Shown piece after piece: positions 17,633-27,809 of a DNA stretch of 64,000 nucleotides (the first letter of the stretch is position 1; each line of letters begins with the position of its first letter). The notes under the pieces are model-generated. The model was not told the DNA's origin. It saw only the letters and a list, made by a program, of their open reading frames with translations, and searched no databases. The position numbers and the translations under genes are program-made. This DNA comes from Candidatus Poribacteria bacterium. Its GTDB lineage: Bacteria > Poribacteria > WGA-4E > WGA-3G. Location: contig OZ240248.1 in the NCBI GenBank assembly GCA_965198235.1, forward strand, positions 2,176,001 through 2,240,000, in the 5' to 3' direction.

Positions 17633-18415
17633 ATGTCAGTCAAAACAATAGAAAAAGACTTTGTTGATAAAGTTTCCGCTGAGATACAACTTTTAGCGGA
17701 TGGCAGGGATCGTTTTCTCGTCTCAACTCCGTTCCATTTCAATGATGGGGATCAGTTAGTTATTGTCCTGAAAAAGATGGGAGATAGATGGGTCCTCTCA
17801 GACGAGGCACATACCTATATGCACCTTTCATACTATATGGACGAACAAAGACTTCATAGTGGGAATCGCCAAAAGTTAATTCTAAAAGCTTTATCCATGT
17901 TTCAAGTTAAGGACTATGATGGCGAATTAATTGTTGATGTATCCGATGGGTGTTATGGGGAGGCTCTTTATGACTTTGTCCAAGCCCTACTGAAAATAAT
18001 TGACGTTATATACTTGTCAAGAGAAACGGTTAGGTCAACATTTATTGACGATTTTCGTGCCTTTTTGTATCAAAAGGTAGAATCAAACCGTATGACATTC
18101 AACTGGCAACATCCGATGAATGATCCTGATGGGATTTACAAAGTAGACTGTAGAATAAACGGGAAGGTCCCACCCCTATTTGTGTTTGCACTAAATAGTG
18201 ATACTAAAACCCAAGCAGCGGCACTCACATTACACCAATTCAAGGCGTGGGGTATTGATTATCAACCTCTGGGTATCTTTGAAAAAAAGAATACGACTAC
18301 TCGCGATGTACTTTTACGTTTCAATGATGTTTGCGAAACACATTTCACCGATATAATCCAAAGTAGCGAAGAAATCGGACAATATTTGCAAAATTATATG
18401 TCAGATGAAGCATAA
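17633..18415 (+). CDS. DUF1828/DUF1829-like protein
   Basis: VSTPF...GDQLVIVL...WVLSDE motif; C-terminal YKVDCRI nuclease-like segment; GGAGG RBS. Confidence 0.75.
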   Translation: MSVKTIEKDFVDKVSAEIQLLADGRDRFLVSTPFHFNDGDQLVIVLKKMGDRWVLSDEAHTYMHLSYYMDEQRLHSGNRQKLILKALSMFQVKDYDGELIVDVSDGCYGEALYDFVQALLKIIDVIYLSRETVRSTFIDDFRAFLYQKVESNRMTFNWQHPMNDPDGIYKVDCRINGKVPPLFVFALNSDTKTQAAALTLHQFKAWGIDYQPLGIFEKKNTTTRDVLLRFNDVCETHFTDIIQSSEEIGQYLQNYMSDEA

Positions 18416-20444
18416 CAATTATCGTCATAATAGGGACTTGCAAACTCTACTTCGGCGATACGGAGATCCTATGACCCAACCCGACATCATCCAAACTATC
18501 CTCAAAGACAGCAATTACCACCTGGATCTCTTCACAGACCCTGAAGTTCAATCTTTGCGCCAAAAAATTTTTATCAAGACGGTGAGAAGCAAAGAGACAC
18601 CACACATTAAATGCATAATTCGCAATAATGAGATCCAGTTAAAACCTGAGGAGCTGATCCGCCAACTTTACGCGGCACGGCTCCTGAATCGGTATCATTA
18701 TTCTCCAGATCGTGTGAGATTTGAGCACCTCGTAAATTTTGGTAGAGAAAGGAAACGCGCTGACATCGTTATCCTTGACAAGGATAGACCGGATGCCCCT
18801 TATATCATCATTGAGATAAAGAAACCCAAACTCCAAGATGGTAAGGAGCAACTCCGTTCCTACTGCAATGCGACTGGCGCGCCTATTGCCGTATGGACAA
18901 ACGGTCAACAGATTTCACACTACCACCGGAGAGATCCAAACTACTTTGAAGACATTACCGATATCCCTAACGCCGAGCAGACTTTGGCAGATATCCTTAA
19001 AGAACACTTTACCCTTAAAGATCTCATTCTTAAGGACAAACTCACTACGGAGCACAAATCCTTAAAAGAGGTCATCTTGGAATTGGAGGATGAAGTGCTT
19101 GCCAACGCGGGGGTGGATGTTTTTGAAGAGGTTTTTAAGCTCATCTTTACCAAGCTTTATGATGAATCGCTGAGTTACAAAGACAAAGGCGTTATTGACT
19201 ATTTTGTCCGTCAACAGCAGAGCGGTGTTCCACAACAAGAAAATGGAATAGCCTATGACATGGATTATGAAGTTATTAAGCTGGCAGCAGAGTCAATTTC
19301 GGACGATGGATTTCGGGCCATGGAGTTTAGAAACACAGGTCAAACTGACAGTGAACTCAAAACCAAAATTCAGAGGCTTTTTGACGAGGCAAAGAACCGA
19401 TGGAAAGGTGTTTTTCCCGAATATTCAACGTTTGAACTTTCTGATAGCCACCTATCCGTTTGCGTGTCCAGTTTGCAGGATATTAAGTTGTTCAACTCCA
19501 ACTTACAAGTCGTGGACGAAGCGTTTGAGTATCTTGTGAGTAAATCCGCCAAAGGCGAGAAGGGACAATACTTCACCCCGCGGCACGTCATTGATATGTG
19601 CGTGAAAATGCTCAACCCGCAGCCCGGCGAGTATATGATCGACACTGCCTCCGGTAGTTGCGGGTTTCCGGTACACACAATTTTCAAGCTTACTGGGACA
19701 CTTTTCACCAACTCGGAAATTCTGGATACCGACAAAGAGCACGTTCTCAAGGTGTTTGGCATTGACTTTGATGAAAAGACAGTCAGGGTTGCCAGAACCC
19801 TCAATCTGATTGCAGGAGACGGTGAAACAAATGTTTTGCACCTCAACACATTGGATTATGACCGCTGGAGTGACAGTACAGAGGAGAACAGCAGGTGGGT
19901 ACGTACCTATGGAGACGGTTTCGATCGGCTTAAAGCATTAAGAACCCAATCAGGGAGAGACAAACTTTTTAACTTTGACATCCTGATGGCAAATCCGCCT
20001 TTTGCTGGGGACATCAAGGAGACCCGCATCCTCCACCAATATACTCTCGGCTTTAAAGGGAACGGCAAGGCACAGAGCAAAGTTGGCAGGGATATTCTAT
20101 TTATTGAGCGTAACCTGGATTTCCTCAAACCCGGTGGGAGAATGGCAATCGTCCTCCCACAAGGCAGATTCAACAATGCATCTGATAAATACATCCGTGA
20201 TTTTATCGCGGAACATGCCCGTATTTTGGCTGTAGTCGGACTGGATACTAATACCTTCAAACCTCACACTGGCACCAATACGAGTGTTCTATTTGTGCAA
20301 AAGTGGAACGATGATTCTTCCAAAGGTCCCCTTTGTCCTGAAGTCGAGGACTACCCTATCTTTTTCGCTGTCTCCGAGAAAGGTGGAAAGGATAATTCCG
20401 GCGATTACGTTTTTCTCGAAAATGGCGTTGGGCAATACAAGTTA

Positions 20445-21315
20445 GGTAGTGTTTACATTTTTTTAGAGGTGATAAGTATAGCTGCGAAATAAACAAATCC
20501 GAGGTATCGACATGCGTATTTATCATAGCGCGTGGCAACCCGGCGATACTGTTTCAACCGCTGAAAAAAACGCTCAATGACGTTGCGAAGTTTATACACC
20601 TCTGCGTCATAAGGGCGATCTTCAAGACGGCTCTTCCGAGGGCGGATAACGGTTTCCGCCGCCCCTTGGGCAGTTATCTCCGCCCGAAACGCATCCGAGT
20701 CGTAGGCAGCATCAGCAATAACATATTCACACGAGTAGCCGGCAATCAACGCCGAGGCTTGTGTAATGTCATGCCGCTGCCCCGCCGTCAAGGTAAAACG
20801 CAACGGGAGAAAGTCCACACTCACAGCAGCATTGAGTTTTGTCGTAAAGCCACCCCGACTCCGACCAAGGGCCTCACTTTCTTGACCTCCGTTTTTTTTT
20901 CGGGGCACCCGCTGCACACGAGTGGGCACGCACGATCGTCGAGTCAATCAGCAGCGCAGAGATTTCACCCGCAGCATGGAAGTGTTCATGGAGTTTTTCA
21001 AAGACACCCGCATCGCACCATCTCCCGAAACGTCTATAGATGCTATTCCAATACCCATAAACTTTCGGCAGGGCCCGCCAAGTCGCACCTTCCTTTGTTA
21101 TCCAGATGACTGCTGAGAGAAAACGTCTACAGTCTTCAGGATTACCGACATAGACGTTTGACAACGTTTTCAGAAACGGGTGGATGCTCTGCCAAGCACC
21201 ATCTGAAATCATCACAGGCAGGTCTTGAGTTTCAGTTATGTTTGCAGCTTTCATGGAAAACAGTCTACCAAAACCTAACCAAAATGTCAATAACTCACAC
21301 AATGTAAACACTACC
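20445..21315 (-). mobile_element. IS5-family (IS427-like) insertion sequence, 871 bp
   Basis: Perfect 15 bp inverted repeats GGTAGTGTTTACATT/AATGTAAACACTACC; TA target duplication. Confidence 0.92.
20453..21254 (-). CDS. IS5-family transposase split into two frames at an A9 run
   Basis: W..LP..YG.W.SIY.RF.RW, IDSTIVRAH, GRSRGG.TTK, ADAAYD, YKLRNVIERFF. Confidence 0.88.
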
Positions 21316-21450
21316 TAGACAAAAACGGACATTTGATTGTTGAACACGACCTGCATAATCACAACGGGGAACTACCCGATGGGATTGCGGAGTCTTTTAT
21401 TGAATGGGCAAAAAACGAAAATTTGGGTTTTTGGTGCGGAGAATAAAAAT

Positions 21451-22845
21451 TTGCGGTTCAAAATCAGAAAACTATCTCATCTATCCTTGCATCCTGACTT
21501 TCGTTGGGATAGTGAATACCTAAGTCGCGAACCTTATAAAAATAAAAATTTCAAGTACGTTCCTATAGGAAATACGCTTACTTCGAGTCAATACGGCGTT
21601 TCAATTAAAATGAATGAAGACGAGATAGGAACAAAAATTTACAGAATGAACGAAATTAGCAATATGCTGTGTGACCGAAATATATCAAAGTATGCCGAAT
21701 TAAATGATAATCAAATATCCTCATTCAAACTCAAAGATAAGGATGTTCTGTTTAATCGGACAAACTCAAAAGAGTTTGTAGGTAGAACCGGTATATTTAG
21801 AAAATTCTCAGATGAAGATATTGTTTTTGCATCCTACCTTGTCCGCATAAATCCTGATCCAGAAATCGTTACCCCTGAATATTTGACAGCGTTTTTGAAT
21901 ACCAAATACGGTATAATTGACATCAAGAGGCGAGCAAGGCATTCAATTAACCAATCGAATGTCAACTTAGAAGAAGTAAAAAGAATAGAAATACCGCTTT
22001 TATGCAATCAGCTTCAAAAAGAAATAACATCATCGTTTGATAAAGCTTTTCATCTAATCCAATCGTCAGAGAAGGTATATCACCAAGCACAAACCTTACT
22101 CCTTATCGAACTCGGTCTCACCGGCTGGCAACCAAAACAACAGTTAACCTTCGTCAAAAACTTTTCGGACACACAGCGCGCCGAACGCATTGACGCTAAT
22201 TACTTTCAACCAAGATATGATGATATTGTGAATGCCATTAGAGAATATCCGGGGGGCTGGAATACACTGGAAAATCTGGCGCGTTTGAAGGATAGTAATT
22301 TCAATCCTGATGCTGAAACAGAATACAAGTACATTGAACTTGCCAATATCGGGCGGAATGGAGAAATAAACGGTTGTATGGAAGATCAAAGTCAGAACTT
22401 ACCGACCAGGGCACGGTGTAAGGTCGCGGTCGGAGATGTTATTGTTTCATCTGTTGAAGGTTCATTAGAAAGCATCGCCTTGGTAACCGAAGAATATGAT
22501 AACGCTCTATGTTCAACTGGATTTCATGTTATTCGATCTGACGTGTTTAATTCCGAGACTTTACTTGTGTTTTTGAAAAGCAGCGCGGGTCAGTTACAGC
22601 TCAAGAAAGGATGTAACGGGACGATTCTCACTGCGATCAATAGAGATGAATTTAGTAAAATTGTCGCCCCAATAATTAAAGCGGATAAGCAGACTAAAAT
22701 CCAACAAAAAGTTATTGAATCCTTCAACCTGCGCAAGCACTCCAAAGATCTTCTGGAACATGCAAAACGCGCAGTCGAAATCGCAATTGAACAGGACGAA
22801 AGGGCTGCTATTGATTGGTTGGAATCTGCTTCACAACTACCTTGA
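21451..22845 (+). CDS. Restriction-modification specificity (HsdS-like) subunit with two target-recognition domains
   Basis: FRWDSEY and RIDANYF repeats, DVLFNRTNS..VG, GDVIVSS, CSTGF; probable TTG start at 21451 after GGAG. Confidence 0.85.
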   Translation: MRFKIRKLSHLSLHPDFRWDSEYLSREPYKNKNFKYVPIGNTLTSSQYGVSIKMNEDEIGTKIYRMNEISNMLCDRNISKYAELNDNQISSFKLKDKDVLFNRTNSKEFVGRTGIFRKFSDEDIVFASYLVRINPDPEIVTPEYLTAFLNTKYGIIDIKRRARHSINQSNVNLEEVKRIEIPLLCNQLQKEITSSFDKAFHLIQSSEKVYHQAQTLLLIELGLTGWQPKQQLTFVKNFSDTQRAERIDANYFQPRYDDIVNAIREYPGGWNTLENLARLKDSNFNPDAETEYKYIELANIGRNGEINGCMEDQSQNLPTRARCKVAVGDVIVSSVEGSLESIALVTEEYDNALCSTGFHVIRSDVFNSETLLVFLKSSAGQLQLKKGCNGTILTAINRDEFSKIVAPIIKADKQTKIQQKVIESFNLRKHSKDLLEHAKRAVEIAIEQDERAAIDWLESASQLP

Positions 22846-22861
22846 AATTTTTAAACGCTTT

Positions 22862-22980
22862 ATAGGTTGAGTAGAGCGACGCGAAACCCCATAACTGTTA
22901 ACTTAAGAAAATGAAGCGTTTGTAGTCGCGCAATTCATTGCGCCTCTTACATTAGCCCCAGCGGGGTGGAATGTGTATAG
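22862..22980 (+). repeat. REP-like palindrome cluster at the right flank of the defence island
   Basis: ATAGGTTGAGT...GAAACCCC, GTAGTCGCGCAATTCATTGCGC, TAGCCCCAGCGGGG. Confidence 0.7.
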
Positions 22981-23260
22981 CAACGTAATTATATGTCCTC
23001 TTTAGTTCCGCCAAATATTATACACGTATTTGGCGTTGATTCGCGGGGTGACAGGTGTATCCGTGAAAATTCTGCGCAATCAATATTTTTGAACTTGCAC
23101 CTTGTGCAAACTGATATGTAACACTGGTAATAATAAAATACAGATAATCTTTATAACACACCTATTCGACTTCCCATTTTTCACCAGTTTTAACAATACC
23201 TTCGCCAAAAGTGATTGAATAAATAGGGCGATTGTCCTAAAGTTATAACAACCAAACATA

Positions 23261-24504
23261 TGTACTGCCATCGGAAATTCGGGCCACCCTCTAAACCAAG
23301 ATTGTGATAGAATACAATCTTACTGAAAGGAGAATCCGATGGCGAAACGAAAACGAAGAAACTTCACCCCTGAGTTTAAAACCGAGGTTGTTCTTGAGGC
23401 ACTCCGCGGTGAAAGTTCCCAAGCAGAACTCTGCCGGCGCCATAACCTCAGCGAAGACCAGCTCTCAAAGTGGAAGCAGCAGTTTCTTGAAAATGCGGCA
23501 TCTGTGTTTGCCTCCACGGATCAGCAGTCTAGCGAGGCGGCCGAGCGTATTGCTCACCTTGAACAGCTCGTTGGGCGGTTGACCGTGGCACTCGACATTC
23601 AAAAAAAAGCCTTGACTTGGTTGAGTTGATCCCGTCTGAAGAGTGCCAAATAGTTGAGGCATTGCGGACGGATTACTCGGTGCGACAGATTTGCGAGACG
23701 CTGGGTTTCACTCGGAGCAATCTCTATTATCAACCGAAAAAGGCCCCTTGTGAAGCCGTCCTGCGAGATGAAATAGAGAAGTTAGCTGCACAGTATCCGA
23801 CCTACGGGTATAGGCGTATCACGCAGTTGCTGGTGAATGAGGGATACCCCGTTGGGCATCGCCGCGTTGCCCGATTGATGAAATCCGAAAACCTCTGCGT
23901 TGCTGTTAAGCGTGCTTGTCAAACGACTCACTCCATTGACGGTGTGCGTCCGTGGGGGAATCGACTGAAGACGCTTGACATCTGTAGACGCGATCAAGTC
24001 TGGGTAGGCGATATAACCTACGTCCGACTCAAGGGACACTTCGTCTATGTCGCTGTGCTCATGGATGTCTTCACTCGCATGATAAGAGGATGGAAACTCA
24101 GTCAACATTTGAACACATCTCTAACGTTGAAACCGCTACAACAGGCATTGTGCCAAAACGTCCCAGAGATCCACCATAGCGATCAAGGCGTTCAATATCT
24201 TTCAAGTGCTTACATTTCAACGCTGAGGCATCATAACATTGAGATTTCCTTAGCACCGAGAGGGTGTCCTTGGGAGAACGGGTATGCTGAAAGACTCATC
24301 CGCACGCTCAAGGAGGAAGAAGTTCATCTCAACGACTACAAGGATGTAACCGAGGCGAGAGATCGCATCGGTCATTTTATCACACAGGTGTATCATCAAA
24401 AACGCCCGCATTCGGCGTTAGGATATTTGACACCTATGGAATTTCAAAGACAAAACTTGTCTTAACTTTGCTAAATTGTGGTCTGAATAAACGTTGGCAC
24501 TTCA
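23261..24504 (+). mobile_element. IS3-family insertion sequence, 1244 bp
   Basis: TG...CA ends, imperfect inverted repeats (TGTACTGCCATCGGAAATTCGGGCCAC vs TGAAGTGCCAACGTTTATTCAGACCAC), ATA target duplication. Confidence 0.92.
23339..24465 (+). CDS. IS3 transposase OrfA/OrfB joined by a -1 frameshift
   Basis: OrfA HTH 23339-23629; A8 slippery run 23601-23608; OrfB YGYRRI, WVGDITY, HHSDQG, ENGYAER. Confidence 0.92.
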
Positions 24505-24528
24505 ATAACTTGGAAAGGACAATCACCC

Positions 24529-25872
24529 ATGCCTGAAATTATAGCACTGTTTACTGTTTTTATTCCACATTTATCCGCAACGACTCACCGGCAGTTCTGC
24601 CAAGTTGTATTCGCACTGCTTGCGATGACAGGGCGGGTAACAATGTTAAATATTTCTCGTTGGACTTCACAAGGCGGTAGCTACCGCACCATCCAACGCT
24701 TTTTCAATACTGTTATTCCTTGGGCTACGATTTGCGCGATGTTTTTTCGCAGGCATCTGTTTGATCGTGAAAGTGCCTATATCCTCGCAGGAGACGAAAC
24801 AATCGTGGCAAAATCGGGAGACCGCACCTATGGTTTATCGCGTTTTTTCTCCTCATTGTATGGCAGATGCGTTCCGGGTTTAGCGTTCTTTGCGGTGTCT
24901 TTGGTCAGTGTCAAGCAACGTTGTTCCTATCCAATGTTAATGGAGCCAATCGTCAGGCAGCCCGCATCGTTAGAGCCGCGTTGTGAAGTCGCCGAACGTC
25001 AAAAGCCGTCCGTGAAACGCAAGCGAGGTCGCCCGAAGGGGAGTCGGAATCACAATAAAACGGAGGTCGTCTTCAGCGAGACATTGAAACACCTGCAAAC
25101 GATGCTCAAGAAGGTGTTAGCAGAGATCGGTGATTTGATACCTTTGCGTTATTTCGTCTGTGATGGATACTTTGAACACAATGCTGCGCTACAGATGACC
25201 CAACAATGTCGACTCCATCTGATTTCAAAACTCCGCAGAGATGCTGCGCTTTATTTTTCACCGACGACACCTTACACCGGATGTGGATGCCCGCGCATCT
25301 ATGGAGAACGGTTGAACCCCGAAGATATTGACAGCAAATACCGAGTCTCTACACAGACACAAGCAAACATCACCACTGAAGTCTATCAAATGCGGTGCGG
25401 ACACAAACACTTCGCAGAACCCCTGAATGTCGTTTGTATCCTCAAAACGCATCTACAGACGCAACACAAATCACACGTCTTATTGTTCAGTTCTGATTTG
25501 GATGTGGATGCTGAAACAATCATCGACTACTATTCGCTCCGTTTTCAAATTGAGTTCAACTTCCGAGATGCCAAACAGTATTGGGGCTTAGACGATTTTA
25601 TGAATGTCAAAGAAATACCTGTCAACAATGCCGCGAATCTCTCAATGTTTATGGTCAATGTCGCTGCGAAACTGACAGCCGCGTTTCGATCAGAACAGAC
25701 CGGATTTCGGGTTTTAGATCTCAAAGCACGCTACCGTGGGTTGAAGTATTTACACGAGACATTAAAAATACTTCCCCAAAAACCTGAAGGCATTGTTATT
25801 GAAAAAATCGCTGAACATCTCGGGACCATCGGGGCTATTCATTACACACCACCTCAACTTACCCCTGAATAA
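24529..25872 (+). CDS. DDE transposase (IS4/IS701-like)
   Basis: AGDET, CDGYF and YSLRFQIEFNFRDAKQ (YREK-like) motifs. Confidence 0.9.
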   Translation: MPEIIALFTVFIPHLSATTHRQFCQVVFALLAMTGRVTMLNISRWTSQGGSYRTIQRFFNTVIPWATICAMFFRRHLFDRESAYILAGDETIVAKSGDRTYGLSRFFSSLYGRCVPGLAFFAVSLVSVKQRCSYPMLMEPIVRQPASLEPRCEVAERQKPSVKRKRGRPKGSRNHNKTEVVFSETLKHLQTMLKKVLAEIGDLIPLRYFVCDGYFEHNAALQMTQQCRLHLISKLRRDAALYFSPTTPYTGCGCPRIYGERLNPEDIDSKYRVSTQTQANITTEVYQMRCGHKHFAEPLNVVCILKTHLQTQHKSHVLLFSSDLDVDAETIIDYYSLRFQIEFNFRDAKQYWGLDDFMNVKEIPVNNAANLSMFMVNVAAKLTAAFRSEQTGFRVLDLKARYRGLKYLHETLKILPQKPEGIVIEKIAEHLGTIGAIHYTPPQLTPE

Positions 25873-27624
25873 TTGGCGAAGGTATTGTTTTAATAGAAGA
25901 GCTTTTAAATGATTTTGGAGGCAAATCTTGTTTGTATTCTATCATAGATAAGTTAACATCATAAAGATCGTCATTTGGAAGCGTATTTAATCCTGAAATG
26001 TTTAATAGTTTATGTGAATCGGTATCTTGTGTAGCGTCTAGTCCAACAACCAATTTAAAGAAAAATGGAGTAAACGATATAATATTCTCACATGCACCTA
26101 TCCGCGTATTATCCCAAAATTGTTTCATATTCATTCCTATAGATGCCGTTTGATTACCTTTTAAAGTTACATTAGGCAGATTGACACGAGCGACCTGGTC
26201 TGCATGATAAACTAAATCTTTAGATGTATGAAAAGCCATGTATATCCTTGCAACATGATGCATATACACCCGACCAATCCCATCTATATCAACATAAATT
26301 GCATTTCTATCCTTAACAATTTCGTAAAGAATTTGATGAACGGGATACCTTTTGAATTCATAGTTTTGAGCTAAAAACATATAAAGTATTTGCTTGATCA
26401 CATCTCTGGGATTGATACGGATAGTGACTGTTCTACCATCTAAACCTTGTTTTATATGAGATATAAGTTGTTTGACCATATCGTTAAATCCACTAACATA
26501 TCCACCACTGACTTTATTATTACAATTTTTACAAACAGTTTTAAACCCTAATTTTTGTTGGACATTATCGGTACCATCGTAGTTTATCATTAGAGTGTCT
26601 TTACTTTTTAAGTAATCAGTATGTGTTTGTATAATTTTTCGAGTTGATTTTGGCGGTATATGCTCAAAATCCAAAACTTTATACTCATTGCATACGTTGC
26701 AATTATATTTTTTCCGCGCTTTGCATTTTTCATTTTTGGCGTAAATGCAAAAGATGTATAAGCTTTATTTCTTTTTCTGTTTCTTCTTCTTTTTTGGTTA
26801 CTTCGTTTTGACATGATTATACCTCGTTACGGTTTTAGTTCATTACCATAAATACAAGTTCCGATTTTCATCAGATACTCCATCCTTTTAGAAATTGGTG
26901 ATTTTGATTTAATATCAGTTTTGTTTAATTTCTAATTGTAACATGTTAAATTGCCCTGTGGCAAATTAAAATGGGATGTAGAAAGGCGTTGTAATTTACC
27001 ATTTTTCTCGTAACTTACGCGATCACGCTAAGGACTTTCTGATGATAACCGATTCAAAAAATGCTGATTCGATACGTTAATTCAATTTTCACATTCGTTT
27101 TTTCACGGAGAGACAGCATATTGCATCTCAGCAACCCACGGTCCGCCTACGCCCGTAAAATCCTCCGTGAAGCCTCCGTGAAAGTTAACGTTTCTGCGGA
27201 ACATTTATCGGAAGATATACGATAATCCGTCCAGCACCGAGAAAGTTTTGTTACGGATGTAGACCGGTGAGACATTTTCATAGCAGCTTTCATAGCATCC
27301 CTTGATGAAACTGTCTAAAACCCAATACGGGTGTGGGTTTATCGCTTTTCCGACACCTATTGATTTTTGGATTTGCTATGAAAACTGTGAAAGTATCGTC
27401 AGATGTGCGAATCTGTAGACATTTCAGGAACCACTATATTCCTCCGTTCAAACCTCGCCAGTTAACCGCTCTGAAGTCCGATGGTTATTTTCAGAGTAAC
27501 ATTTTTCTCTGAGATGTCATAAAAGCATGGTTTCCCTTGATTCTTGGCTGTTTTTCCCTACCTATTTTTCTCATTTTACTCTGAATACTCTGAAATCCGA
27601 GCACTTTTCCATAGTTCACTGCCC

Positions 27625-27673
27625 AAAAAAATCCGCGAAATCCGTGTCATCCGCGTCAATCCGCGATTCAGAC
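27625..27673 (+). repeat. AATCCGCG tandem-unit repeat ending in GATTCAGAC
   Basis: Same architecture as 4883-4929. Confidence 0.75.
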
Positions 27674-27809
27674 AAACACCAACCAACTGCATAATCCTAA
27701 AAATCCTGATGCTGACAACTGAAAATCCGTTGAATTAAAAATATCTATTGTGATACAATAACTATTTGAATTAATCAATCCGAATGGAGCGTGCAAACAA
27801 AAAATAGAT

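Larger units (their letters stand above)
18405..21446 (+). pseudogene. Restriction-modification HsdR_N nuclease plus N6-adenine methyltransferase fusion, interrupted near its C-terminus by IS5
   Basis: KPEE..RQ, RADIV..IEIKK, GQYFTPR, DTASGSCGF, NPPF; frame resumes after the IS as DKNGHLIVEHDL...GFWCGE* (21318-21446); start may be ATG 18471. Confidence 0.85.
23194..25887 (+). mobile_element. IS4/IS701-like DDE insertion sequence (about 1.45 kb) carrying a nested IS3
   Basis: Perfect 15 bp inverted repeats CAATACCTTCGCCAA/TTGGCGAAGGTATTG; 6 bp target duplication TTTTAA. Confidence 0.9.
23162..26814 (-). pseudogene. AT-rich HNH-like Zn-binding protein gene, frameshifted near its 5' end and interrupted by nested IS elements near its 3' end
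   Basis: Reconstruction gives CNVC..EHIPPKS..CKNCNN; removing the IS restores the C-terminus IKTGEKWEVE* ending at 23162. Confidence 0.65.

Noticed and set aside
23080-23271. 63 aa minus-strand ORF
   Set aside because: It spans IS ends; the true continuation of the interrupted gene is in another frame and stops at 23162
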